From Octopus vulgaris (taxonomy: Eukaryota): a DNA stretch of 64,000 bases. The stretch spans positions 196,540,001 through 196,604,000 of the forward strand of contig OX597815.1 of NCBI GenBank assembly GCA_951406725.2, given 5' to 3'. Shown here piece by piece: positions 51,270 to 64,000 of the stretch; the first letter of the stretch is position 1, and each line of letters starts with the position of its first letter. Position numbers and translations under genes: made by a program. The notes under the pieces were generated by a model that was not told the origin of the DNA, ran no database searches, and worked only from the letters and a program-made list of their open reading frames with translations.

Positions 51270-51305
51270 ATAATTTAGAACAAATAGCAAAATATTGTCA
51301 TTATA

Positions 51306-51686
51306 TCTCTCTCTATATAAACGGCAGTTTGTCTGTGCGTGTTTCTGTGTGTCTGTTTGCTTGTACCCTCACCCTGACCACGGCTTTCAACCGATTCTGA
51401 TGAAACTTGACACACACATAGCCCAATGTCATAATTCAAAACTAACACAGCGAAAAGTTTGAAAAGTTCCCCCAGTTCTGAAAAAATCGATAAATTCGAC
51501 ATGGGGTCGAGAATCAGAAACACGAACCACAAACTGTCTAGGGGACGCAACTCCACCTTTAAATCTCAAAAAAAAATTTACCATAATTTTTTTCCATTTT
51601 TTTTTTATTTTTTGGCTATAACTCTCTAAAAATGCTTTATAGTTATTTCCCTTACAAACCTGAGCAACGCCGGGCGATACTGCTAG
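51306..51686 (+). mobile_element. Non-autonomous Helitron-like element, subfamily 2
   Basis: TC...cctgagcaacgccgggcgatactgCTAG|t. Homologous to 19986-20371. Confidence 0.87.
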
Positions 51687-51825
51687 TATATATATATATT
51701 TATATATATATATATGTATATGTATATGTATATGTATATATATGTATGTATGTATATGTATGTATTTATGTATGCATGCATGTATATGTATGTAAACACA
51801 CACACACACACATATTTGTATATAT

Positions 51826-51994
51826 TGGCGTGGTTGTGTAGTAAAAAGCTTGCTTCCCAATTACATAGCTCCAGGTTCAGTCCCACTGCCTGGTACCTTG
51901 GGCATGTTTCTACTATAACCAAGGGCCAACCAAAGCTTTGTGACCAGATTTGTTTGACGGAAACTGAAAGAAGCCCGTCCATTACCCACACACT

Positions 51995-52050
<56 letters not shown>

Positions 52051-52225
52051 CGTGTGTGTGTCTTTGTGTCTATGTTTGTCCCCGCGTTTGTCAACCGGTG
52101 TTGGTGTGTTTACATCCTCGTAAACTAGCAGCTCGGTTAAATTGACGGATAGAATAAGTAGTCGGTTTGGTGGCTTTGTTCGACTAAAATTCTCCAAGGT
52201 GATGTTCCAGTATGGCCGAAGTCAA
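51826..52225 (+). mobile_element. SINE group A, diverged
   Basis: Head tggttgtgtagtaaaaagcttgcttcc, internal microsatellite and degenerate tail. Confidence 0.83.
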
Positions 52226-52759
52226 TCAATGTAACACAGGCGAGCACTTGTTGCATTAATATACGCACGCATATTAGCTTAATTTCTTACAGTTGTCAGT
52301 CGAACCACAAGATGAAATCTTCAACTTCCTTTGTGGGTTTTTCGAAAATAGTTCCTTCCAAAACCTAATATGCAGATTGTGCACAGATGCAGTATACAAA
52401 CCGCTGGATAAGCAACGTATTTTCTGCAAGTATGCATATGTTCAAGCTTGTTTCAGCAGAAATGAGAGCATTTATGAATTATTTTTTTCAATCTTCCTCA
52501 ACCAGTGAAATTGCCAAAAGGAATGGATGATGGGTTTTGAACTTAGCGATTCGTTAACGTTTGATGTTGCTCTACTGCAAAGGTGCCTCTAGCATGCTTC
52601 TAATCACTCCTTTGATCTACCGGACAACCAAACATTGATTATTTGTGTAGCTAATCCTAAAGGACCAAGCGAGAGAGATAATGTGGTTTAAATTTTACTT
52701 GCCTTCATCTAAGGTGAATTTGAAAGACTTCTCATGCGGGTTGTTTCTGCTCATATCGT

Positions 52760-53150
52760 GTGGATGGAAGCACTCCGTCGGTAACGACGATGAGGGTTCC
52801 GGTTCATCCGAATCAAAGGAACAGCCTGCTCGTGAAATTAACGTGTAAGTGGCTGAGCACTCCACAGACACGTGTACCCTTAACGTAGTTCTCGGGGATA
52901 TTCAGCGTGACACAGAGAGTGACACGTCTGGCCCTTTGAAATACAGGTACAACAGAAACAGGAAGTAAGAGTAAGAGAAAATTGTGGTGAAAGAGTACAG
53001 CAGGGATCACCACCATCCCCTGCCGGAGCCTCGTGGAGCTTTTAGGTGTTTTCGCTCAATAAACACTCACAATGCCCGGTCTGGGAATCGAAACGACGAT
53101 CCTATGGCCGCGAGTCTGCTGCCCTAACCACTGGGCCATTGCGCCTCCAC
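52760..53150 (-). mobile_element. SINE group B, tail variant 2, with TSD
   Basis: Reverse complement of 41911-42300, with the direct repeat tcatatcgt on both sides. Confidence 0.93.
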
Positions 53151-53419
53151 TCATATCGTATAGTGTTTTGGACTATGCTCTTGTTTTAAGATTTTTAGTG
53201 TTAATAAAAAATCGTAAAAGCAGGCATAGGAATCATTTATGAATTACAATGTTGTATGTTGTAGGAGAAGAACACGTTAGACTGTAGTGTGTTGAAGGAG
53301 AAGGAGACCAAAATCTTAAATCTAAAGTTCTTATAAATTTACAGTGTTTCTTTTTGAAAGGGGTTTAAGAGAATGAGACGTTTTCCAGTTGTTAATATTT
53401 TTCTTCTGAAGTGGACGGT

Positions 53420-54330
53420 ACACACGAGAAGAAGTTTTTGTAGTTCTAAAACTTTAGAATTTCCTGGTATTTGCCCTTAGTGTCTAAGAGCGACATTTGA
53501 TTTTGTCTCACAAAATGGCGATGATCTCGGTTAGTGTTGTTGTTTTTAGATTCAACATTCTTGAGACCTCTATTCAAGGTCCTTATATTTAGTTAATTCT
53601 TCAAATGTTCTTACAGAAGCACAGCAATCTGCTGGGATTGACGTTTATAAGAACAAACATGCTTTATCAATGCCATTTTTAGCACAATATCGGGTTTATT
53701 TTCCTGAATAGTTCTTTCAATTTCAATAGTGCAATCCCAAAGAACGGTGATATCTTTGCTTTCTAACAATTTGTAGGCATATATTCCCACCAGCTCTCGT
53801 ATGGATTCCAGACATACTGTAGGATCCAGTACAAACAGTGGCCAAGTCTATCATGGTGATTAGTATAATAATTTGAGTCTAACGTAGATCACCCAGAGAT
53901 GAGTTCGGTTATTGTCCCTGTGGCTGCTCCACAAAGTGGCAAGGAGGAGCAGCACCATGTTTCTGGCGAGATGACACTGACAATGAGCTGTTAAAATGAA
54001 GCCCTCTCTTTTTGCTTTACGCCCAAATACAGCCAAAGACTGTTGGGTCTACATCAATATCGCTGGTTGCTGGAGGGTATTTGCGATGCATTGTCTTATA
54101 GTCCTATGTATTTTGCAGCCCTGATATTCCATTTGATTTGGCCTGTGTTTTTATCTGTTTTGCTATCATATCAAATACGACCCAACAGTGTTTGGCTGTA
54201 TCTGGGCTTAAATCAAACAGATAGGGTATCATTTTAGCAGCTCATTGTCAGTGGCACCCCGCCAGAAACAACCAGGCGAGTATTCTTAAAAATGGTGCTG
54301 TACCCCCTCCTTGCCACTTTTGTGGAGTAT
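53420..54330 (-). mobile_element. Old Dong/R4 RLE-domain remnant with inverted duplication
   Basis: Minus strand reads CHFVEQ/LCG..TITELISG, DRLGHCLYWIL, ITVLWDCTIEIERTIQENKPDIVLK and TKYKDLE. 53927-54050 is mirrored at 54179-54328. Confidence 0.82.
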
Positions 54331-54904
54331 ACAATATCGTGTGGTTGTCGATTGAAGATATAAATATTGACGTCCACATTGTTGAACTTTTAATTTTATT
54401 ATTTTGCGGGATTTAAAATTTTTCCTTTTTATAGGTTTTGCTGTGGTTTACAATTGTTGTAATTGTGCAGTTTGAATATGTTTGCAGATGCTTATCTCCT
54501 TAATTTAAAAAATTTTTATCGTGCTTTTAATTTGTTGCAATAAAAGGTACGTTTACATATTCGAGATGTTAGGGAGAAACGAAGGGTAAAATTTTCAATG
54601 AAAGTTGTAGACATTAAAGTTTTAAAATTCTCTGAAGATGATTGTTTGCTTGCCCAGACAGAGAATACTGTAGTGTTCTTCCAATAAAAAGTATGTTTAC
54701 ATTTTCGAATACTCAGAGAGAAAGGAAAGGATAGGTATTCACAGAAGTTTTAAATATTAAAGTTTTTAAAACTCGTTAAAGATGATAATTTCTGTGTTCG
54801 TCCAAAGAACATTGTGGAGATGTAATTTTCTAACGTTATTTTTGTTTGGCGGAGATTTAAAAATACTCACAGGAAAATGTAAATTATTATTATTATCACT
54901 ATGA

Positions 54905-55070
54905 GTTGTCAGAAATGCTTAGCGGTATTTCGTTCTGAGTTCAAATTCTGCCGAGGTCGACTTTGCCTTTCATCCTTTCGGGGTCGATAAATTAAGTACC
55001 AGTTGCATAATGGTGTCGATCTAATCGACTGGCCCCAAAAATTTCGGGCCTTGTGCCTAGAGTAGAAAAA
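54905..55070 (+). mobile_element. SINE group D variant with (ATT)n tail
   Basis: Meta-like block gcctttcatcctttcggggtcgataaattaagtacc with a different 3' end ggccttgtgcctagagtagaaa. Confidence 0.8.
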
Positions 55071-56370
55071 ATTATTATTATTATTATTATTATTTGTAGT
55101 AGTAGTAGTAGTAGTAGTTGTAGTAGTAGTAGTAGTAGTTGTAGTAGTAGTAGTAGTGGTGGTGGTGGTGGTAGTGGTGGTGGTGTCAGCAGTAGCAGTT
55201 TAGTAATAGCAGTAGCAGTTGTAGTGCTTGGGTATATGTACACTTACACGTTCTCACATTCTGTTTCAGCGTTATTGCAAAACGGATATCTCGTGACAGA
55301 CTAACCAGAAATATCTACGAAGCAACAGTTCCTGGCAGCCATGACAATATAAAATGTGTTACGTGAACATAGATTACTGAACAATTGTTATTGTATAATT
55401 AAAACAAATATATGCAGAATTTGTTTAGTACTACCGCTATAGCATTTTCGTTGTTATATTTAATTCATTTTCACATTGATTTTTTTTCAGGACAAGGTTG
55501 GTCGGCGCTAACCAGATACATTTAAGCGTTTACATATATAATAGACCAAAAATATCGAAATTGTAGTTACCAAGACAAGAACTAATTGATCATTCGTTTT
55601 TACATCTTTTGATCACTCATTACAAGAAGTAACAAACGGGGAGAGTAATAACTGGTAAAATACTTGTAGAAGTTTATCACGTTTAACTTATAAGAGAAAC
55701 ATAATTTTATTTTATTTTTGTAATGTGTCAGTATAACACATAGTCATTATGGCGCTTTAATGAAACCACAAGAAAACTATCCTTTGTTGCCACTGAGAAA
55801 AGCTTAATTTATCGACAAACAAATACAAGAAAGATTTTGCGCAGTAATAGAGAACATTTACTCAAAATGTTATTTCATAGAGCGCATGATTTTTGCAATA
55901 TACATAGTTTAATGTTGTGTATAAAAGAAATATGACAGTATGCAGAGAATCGAAACTGCCGGTTGTACAGTTATAAATATTAGGAACACATTTGAAAGAA
56001 TATACAGCAGATAGGTGATCAGGTATAATTACAAAGATTCCAAATAGATACTGCAACGTGGCACTTAGAATAATAGTTTTCTGACAATTAACATCTAACA
56101 ACGAGCTGGTAAAAAGAAGAATAAGGAGGCCTATCCATTTAACGAACCGTATTTGTTAGCAAATAAGATACACTTTTATCCAAAAAATGTCTCAAAATAT
56201 GTCCTGTAATTCATATGTGGTCTCCCATAAGCGACTTTCCTTCCTCACTCTTTCTGTATATGCATTGCTCAAATTGTATGCTATCAAATACTGTATGAAA
56301 CTTTGGAGCACTTTGCTTGCCTATCTATGTCTGTACATGGGTGTGCGCATATGAGTACATTCTTAAATGT

Positions 56371-56499
56371 ATCCCAACCACATGGTTGCGGATCCAGTCC
56401 CACTCCGTGGAAACTTGGGCAACAGTCTTCTACTATAACCTCGGGCCGACCTAAGCCTTGTGAGTGAATTTGGTAGATGGAAGCTGGAAGAAGCCCGTC

Positions 56500-56593
<94 letters not shown>

Positions 56594-56813
56594 ATATATT
56601 TGTGTGTCTTTGTTTGTCTTCCCACCATCGCTTGACAACCGATGTTGGTGTGTTACGTTCCCGTAACATAGCGGTTCGGTGCAAAAGACCGATAAAATAA
56701 TTACTAGGCTTACAAAGAATAAGTCCTGGTATCGATTCCCTCAACGAAAGGCGGTGCTCCAGCATGACCGCAGTCACATGACTGAAACGAGAGAATAAAG
56801 GGAAGAATAAAAG
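56371..56813 (+). mobile_element. SINE group A, slightly 5'-truncated
   Basis: Matches the group A consensus. Confidence 0.88.
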
Positions 56814-57771
56814 AATTAATTGAAAAATGGTATAGTATCAAATGATGAACAAATATTAGATGACTTTGCAGCTAGCTTAAATAACGAACAGTCTATAATG
56901 TTTGCGAAGTTCAAGTGAAAGTTCTAAGTACAATTGGACGAGTAAGAAATATTAATAATGCTATATCAATTGTTGTAACCAGTATGAAACTAGTAATGCA
57001 GTCAGTTGAATAAGTCAGAGAGAGACTGATATGTACAGGTATTAAAAATAATACAGTTTACTTGAGGACTGGAACAAGTATAAAAAAACTAGTACTAAAA
57101 ATAAAAGTGGCTTCAATTTCGTGTCGGCATAACATTAGACAAATAATGACTTCAGATAAATGGTATAATGTGGTTTAAAAATAATCGATAATCTAAGAAG
57201 AAAAATAACATACAAATAATTACATTATAAGTTAGAAATATTGTCTATCAGTACGCTGAGCAGAAAAAAGAGAAAAACGAGGAAAAGAGGAAATAAAAGA
57301 GACAGGAATGGAGTGGCTAGATGAAAAGAGAGAGTTCTGAACACTGATGAAAGTAAAGACGACTGAATGGCGGTGTGCGAGATATTTAAATACTGCATCA
57401 TTTATAAGTAAAAGAAGTAGTATTGTGTATCGAGCGATTACAATAACAAATAATTGGCGTTTTTCTCCGAGTAAAGAAAAGCAATTACAGAAAGAATTTG
57501 AAACTATTACTTTAGAAAAGATTTATTATGTAGTTTGTAGAGAAGGCTGTAGAAGCTTCTAGATGGTGCAACCTGGCTACGTGAATGCTGACTCCCTCCC
57601 ATTTACGCATCGGCTATTGCAAACTATATCTAATTTAGATTACTAAATACATAAGTCGTCTTTATCATACTGATAAACAATATTTCCAATTAAGAAAAGA
57701 TTCTATTTTAGGCGTAAGTCCAACACTTTCGAGGGAGGTTTTAAAACGATTAGATAATACACTCAAAAACT

Positions 57772-58194
57772 AAAATGGCTCTAATTTCATAAAGCAAAGC
57801 AACTTTTAGGTGCAAAAATTTCAAATGTTCTTTGCACAACACTGAATAATTTATTGACATGCATTTTGATTGTCATCCTTTTGGAGTGGATTTTAATAAT
57901 AGAGGGAAATTAAATTACATTTAAGTGAAGTTACACCTCTATTTTCTAAGCACAACATTAGATAACTTCATATCATACCCCTGTCAATCAGATGAATATC
58001 TAAAGTAGGCGTATGAGTGTACCGTCCTTTCACAAGTGATACAAACGCAATCTGTATCAGTGATGTAATTTGCATATTATTGGATGTGTCTGAATACTTT
58101 CTTTTTTTTTATATATAATTACGGATGCAATTATGGCAAATACAAAAGCCGAGCGGCTACATAGGACTTAATTTACACACGAACTAGAACAAGT
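57772..58194. repeat. ~410-bp dispersed direct repeat, copy 2
   Basis: See 48787-49200. Confidence 0.88.
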
Positions 58195-58553
58195 TTGTTG
58201 GCACTCCGTCGCTTACGACGACAAGAGTCCCAGTTGATCCGATCAACGGAACAGCCTGCTCGTGAAATTAATGTGCAAGTGGCTGAGCACTCCACAGACA
58301 CGTGTACCCTTAACGTAGTTGTCGGGGATATTCAGCGTGACATGGCTGGCCCTTTGAATTACAGGCACAACAGAGACAGGAAGTAAGAGTGTGAGAAAGC
58401 TGTGGTGAAAGACTACAGCAGGGTTCACCACCATTCGTGGGGCATTAGGTGTTTTCGCTCAATAAACACTCACAACGCCCGGTTTGGGAATCGAAACCGC
58501 GATCCTATGACTGCGAGTCCATTGCCCTAACCACTGGGCCATTGCGCCTACAC
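58195..58553 (-). mobile_element. SINE group B, tail variant 2, with 12-bp TSD
   Basis: TSD actagaacaagt at 58183-58194 and 58554-58565. Confidence 0.93.
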
Positions 58554-59484
58554 ACTAGAACAAGTATTAGTTTACTAAATACATAAGCATGCCGTCCTTA
58601 TCATACAGATAAACAATATTACCAATTAATAGGAGTTTCTATTTTAGGCACCAGTCCATCAGTTTTGAGGGAAGGCTTTAAAACGATTAGATAGTCATAT
58701 TCCAGAACATCAACACACCCCAACAGTCTTCATATAAATATATGAATCATTTATACCCAAGATGCAGCTGTTTCAGAAATAATATCGTAGTAATTTTACA
58801 CCACATAATTACATATTCACATAGTCACATACCCTGAAGCAGAAATTTGGATTGTACTAAAATGTTCAAATGGAATTGAAATTATCACATTTAACAGCAT
58901 AATCTTAAGCTTAGCCAAATACAGATCTTACTTCGTGCCTCCAATCTGATTTGCTTTGATACAGGGAAATTCTAGTTTACCAAGATACAAAAGCAACCAG
59001 AAATAATGTCTATCCTGATAAAGTTGTAAGCCTATGTATCTACCAACACGATACTCTCTTATTCAGTATCAACAAACCATACAGAATTTATGCAAATCGT
59101 ATTTCTAAACAACCACCAATTTAAAAAAAAAATTCAATTTGTTTATTTATATGTTACAAAAGCAGCGTGACAAAAGTCAATATACAATGAAAGATTTATG
59201 AAGATAAATTCTTTTATAATTCGATAAGTGAAACTGTATATTCCTATTGAAAGATAAATTACATCGATGTCTATCTTTTGTTTTAGTCGTTGGACCAAGA
59301 TTATGGTGGACCTTTTCTTCGGAAGGCTTAGTCTAACAACTCTCAGTACTTATTTTCTGTTAATCCCGGAACTGAATTTAGAGGTTTTTATGCCAGACCG
59401 CAAAGTTGCGGGGACATATCCGGTTGTCAAGTAGTAGTGTTGGCAAATCCAAACTCGAAGACACACATAAATGCACATACAGAG

Positions 59485-59634
59485 TAACAAGCTTGCTTCC
59501 CAACCATATGGTTTCGGGTTCAGTCACACTGTGTGGCAACATGGGCAAGCGACTCCTACAACAGCCGCGAGCCGACCAAAGTCTTGTGAGTGCATTTGGT
59601 AGACGGAAACGGAAAGTAAAGCTCGTAGTATATA

Positions 59635-59693
<59 letters not shown>

Positions 59694-59911
59694 GTATGTA
59701 TATGTATATATTTATGCGTGTGTGACTGTTTGTTCCCACTATTCGTCACCTGACCACTGATGCTGGTGTGTTTATGTCCCCGTAACTTAGCGTTTCGACA
59801 AAAGAGCCCGATAGAATAAGTACAAGACTTACAAAGAATAAGTCCCGGGGTCAATTTCTCCGACTAAAACCCATAAGGTGCTGCTCCAACTTGGCGGCAG
59901 TCAAAGGACTG
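59485..59911 (+). mobile_element. SINE group A, diverged (preceded by an opposite-strand group A fragment at ~59275-59480)
   Basis: Group A blocks and internal (TA)n. Confidence 0.82.
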
Positions 59912-60921
59912 TATGAGTGTAGTGTGTGTGTGTGGTATGTGCAGTAAGTCGGCTATTAAGTCGGAGGATAAGTATGAGAATTACGAGCGGAAAGGCAGAA
60001 GGAATGAAAGAAAGGAATCTTTTTTGTGTGTCTCTCTCCTTCTCTCTCAATCTTCTTTTGACTTTCTCTCTTTCTGTTCCTCTGTATAATATCTATATTC
60101 CTATCTTAGCGACCGACGTATTGCTCCTACAACATATATATCGAAATTTTACCCTCAATTTCTTCATATTTTGCAGTGTTTTATGTGAGGCAGTTTGGCC
60201 AAATGGATGCATTCCCTCTTTGAAACGTACGTACTAAAGTATGTTAAAATATCTATAATATCTTCGATATAATTTTGAAAACTGTGTTTATTATGGACAT
60301 GCAGCAATTCATGCACAATAATATAGAGTAACATCTTTCATACTGTCCAGACAAGAGTTAAGTTTTCATGACTGGACTACCGTTTATACGCATGCGCAAA
60401 CACAAGTACCCTCTCATTTGAATTTCTACTTGGCAAACATTGCACGTTCGAATCTCTTAACTTCATTTGTTATTTGTGCGTGACATAAGCCATTCAAACA
60501 TTTTTCATTGCTTTTTTTTTTCTTACACATTTACTATCATTAAGAGTGGGTTTTTTTCTGCTATTTTAAAAGAAATATTTTGTGTTAAGCCTGTTTAATT
60601 GCAGACAGCCTTTTGTGTTGAATCTTTTTCGGTAAGCGGATTCACTTTTTCTTTTTACAGCGTGTTTCATTTCCTTTTTTGCAGTTAACATTCCTAATTT
60701 ATTCATCATTTTCTTTTTATATTGAATTCACATTCTGTTAAAAGCTGCTTTGCAATATTTCATATTATCGCTGTCTTCTTTAAATCGTACGTTTTCGACT
60801 TCTGTACGCTCTGGCGGCGTTTTACTAGCAATAAATATATCATTGCTTCTTTAACAACGGTAAATATACTTTTAGTATTTTTTTTTTCAACATAAATAAT
60901 ACTAATATTATATTGCTATGG

Positions 60922-61474
60922 TTGGTACTCCGTCGGTTACAACGACTAGTGTTCCACTTGATCCGATCAACGGAACAGCCTGCTCGTGAAATTAACGTGC
61001 AAGTGGCTGAGCATTCCACAGACACGTGTACCCTTAACCTAATTCTTGGGGAGATTCAGCGTGACACAGTGTGTGACAAGGCTGGCCATTTGAAATACAG
61101 GTACACCAGAAAGAGGAAGAAAGAGTAAGAGAAAGTTGTGGGGAAAGAGCACAGCAGGGTTCACTACCACCACCTGCCGGAGCCTCGGTACTGGTGCTCA
61201 TTTAATCGACCCCGAAAGGATGAAAGGCAAAGTCGACCTCGTCGGAATTTGAGCTCAGAACATGTAGACAGACGAAATACCTATTTCTTTACTACCCACA
61301 AGAAGCTAAACACAGAGAGGACAAACAAGGACAGACTTGTACTTATTTAATCGACCCCGAAAGGATGAGAGGCAAAGCCGACCTCGGCGTAATTTTAACT
61401 CAGAACGTAACGGCAGACGAAATCCCGCTAAACATTTCGCCCGGCGTGCTAACGATTCTGCCAGCTCACCGCCT
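60922..61474 (-). mobile_element. Composite: group D SINE (61187-61474, duplicated) joined to the 3' part of a group B SINE (60922-61186)
   Basis: Both consensus sequences are recognisable, in the same orientation, and abut at ggagcctc|ggtactgg. Confidence 0.82.
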
Positions 61475-61989
61475 TCTGAGCATATACATTGAGGCAATCG
61501 GATATGAATTATGAAATTAACAAGTGTACATGGTAATTTTTTTCAAACGACCGTAATCCTACGGTAAGTCATATGCCAAAAATATTCCTATATTCCCTTC
61601 TCATATATCATGATATTTTACTTTCAATGTACCTCGTGCGGAAATGTTTATGGTTCGGATTTTGCAGATTTTCTGTTCGATGGGCATATTACATTACACT
61701 ATATAGAAAGTGATTACTACGTAAATTAATGGCCGATTCCGAATGAGGAGCTCACTTTGAAGGATGCTCAATATTTTCAAACGAACATTTCTACAACTTT
61801 ATATATACGGGTGTTTGCTGTTATTATATTAAAATTTATCTGTTTCTAATATCCTCGATACACTCTCACAATATGCATTATATGACTTCAAAGTCTATAT
61901 ATGCCTTGCTATAGTTCAACTTGTTGAAAAGAACATAATATTTTGGGAGTAAAGTAAATCTTGCCAGAACCGATATATTTTATGTTATA

Positions 61990-62194
61990 TCTTTTACATA
62001 TGTCAGTCACTAGATTGTCTTCATGCTGGGGCAACGTTTTGAAGAATTTTAGTCGAACGAACCGGGTACTTATGTTTTTAAGCCTGACATCTATCCTTTC
62101 ATCCAATTTGCAGAGACCCTAACTTATGGGAACACACGAAACAGTGGTGAGGTCAAACACAGGCAAATGTGTGTATGTGAATGTGTGTTTGTGA

Positions 62195-62239
<45 letters not shown>

Positions 62240-62385
62240 CGACAAGCTTTTTTTCAGTTTTCGTCTACCAAATTCATTCACAACCACAAGATTTTGATCT
62301 GCCAGAGACTGCCAGTGGAACGATGTTGGAAACATGTGGTAGGTAAGCCAATTTCTTACCACATAACTGAACCCGCACCAATACC
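61990..62385 (-). mobile_element. Old SINE group A copy
   Basis: Degenerate blocks tacgacaagctt..cagttttcgtctaccaaattcattcacaa and cttaccacataac. Confidence 0.7.
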
Positions 62386-64000
62386 AAAGGCTATTAAATT
62401 TCTTACTGCAGAGCCACACGTGGGCTATTAATTTCTTTTGTTTGGTGAAAGCTGTGTTAGGTTTTAACTCAATAGATATCTGGAAATTTGAGTTCATAGA
62501 TTGATCAATAGAGGTAGCAGTTAGAAGGAAAAATTCATATTTTCTAAGTTCACTACTCGAGTGAATTTGAACCGGTTCTCCCAATTGTATTATTCTTTAT
62601 TAATTTATAGTAAAACCTAAATTTTAGTTGCTGGCTGATTCTATACGATACGCTTAATCACTTTAATCCATTATATCCACTTCGTATTTTGATGTAGAAT
62701 ACTGCTTCTCTATAGTAAATTATATTAAAACGAGGGATTAATTCATGTTGATAGTATCTTTCTTTCGTTTGAGGAAATATATGAATGTTAGCACTATTAG
62801 AGAAATTTAATCTCTCAATATTATTTGATAGAAATCTCAATAACTTTACAAAGTTTAGGTTTCCAAGAATTTCATTTTTCAGTATTCTTTACGACTTACA
62901 AAAGTTCGCGTTATTACCTACATATATTTGTATATGAAGAGACCCATCCTTTAAGATTTAGATGTAACTTATTGCTTCGTGTATTTAAGCAATATTTTCT
63001 TGAAGATTCACGAAGGTTATCAACAGCGGAAAATAAACGTAATATCCATACTTAATGTTGAGAACTGGACACTAAATATATTAGAACACATATAGTTATA
63101 CAGAAACTATATTAAACATGAAATATTATATAGTAGGAAAGAGTATTAAATGCACTTATTTTCCCTGCAATTAAAGACTCGCTTTCCCAGTTACGCAATT
63201 AATATGATCGAATTCAATGCGCTTTATAAAACGCATACGGTTAGTGTGTTTACAACATCCCAAACAAGCTGTATCTGTACTAATTGAACTTTGACGATTA
63301 TAATGCAGTTAACACCGAAGCAGGTTTCCAGTGATGTTTTTGTTTAATTTTCTGCATAATATTATTTTTTAGCCAATGATTAATGTATGCACTGAAATCA
63401 CTCATTACGCATCAATTAGACGGCCTGATGCTTTCTGAATCAAGAATCAATAACTACGAAAGCAAATTGATGCACATGCGGAACACACATCACAATACAT
63501 TGTAGACATATAATCGAATCACTAAACTGATGTGAAATATAATGGCAAAGAAGAATTCGCATTAAATAGTAATTAATGTAGTTATTTCTTTATTTTCACT
63601 TTTTTTTTTAATCTTTCGTTTTTCTCTTTTGTTTTCTCTTCAAATTTCAATATTTCAATTCACTACTACAAAACTACTTATCTAAAACTATGATTAACAA
63701 AAGTAGTTTTGCGACTTAAGTGGCAACATTTAAAATTATTCACTAGAAAACTGCCGAATCTCGTATTAAGTTAAACAGAAAATAAAGCAAAAAAAAAAAA
63801 AAATTAATGCAGAAATAAAAGAAATTGTAGATTGCTTAAAATATAATGAGACATTAAAAGCATTTTTAAAGTGTACGAAGTGTGTGTCTGTTCAAGCAAA
63901 TACAAACATGCAACTGTAGGCTGATATTAAACAAAATTTTAATACACACTAATTCTTACATATCAATGGGATTAATCATATCAACTAGATTCTTTCTCCC

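Noticed and set aside
51393-51410. ctgatgaaac in Helitron subfamily 2 as a hammerhead core
   Set aside because: CUGAUGA and GAAAC overlap with no stem II. It is the aagtttcatca..atcgg motif common in such Helitron-like elements.

Overview
AT-rich, microsatellite-dense eukaryotic intronic or intergenic DNA. The SINE repertoire suggests an octopus or other cephalopod genome (inference). No intact host gene is supported, and most supplied ORFs are microsatellite artefacts. The window is a transposon landscape. It holds a dead mariner transposase, a Tc1/mariner MITE, four tRNA-type SINE groups, six non-autonomous Helitron-like elements, CR1/L2 and RTE LINE remnants, and R4/Dong RLE retrotransposons sitting in (TAA)n tracts. 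It also holds many Penelope-like (PLE) pieces with GIY-YIG remnants and hammerhead ribozyme (HHR) motifs, mostly as fold-back palindromes in (TA)n. Two highlights stand out. The first is a ~5 kb nested palindrome (19713-24718) of PLE parts bounded by two canonical-looking type I hammerheads. The second is a motif present in two diverged copies (25168-25236 and 49486-49561, minus strand) that has all hammerhead core parts in an order matching none of types I/II/III, a candidate pseudoknotted or dimeric hammerhead. Coordinates were read by eye and may be off by a few bases.
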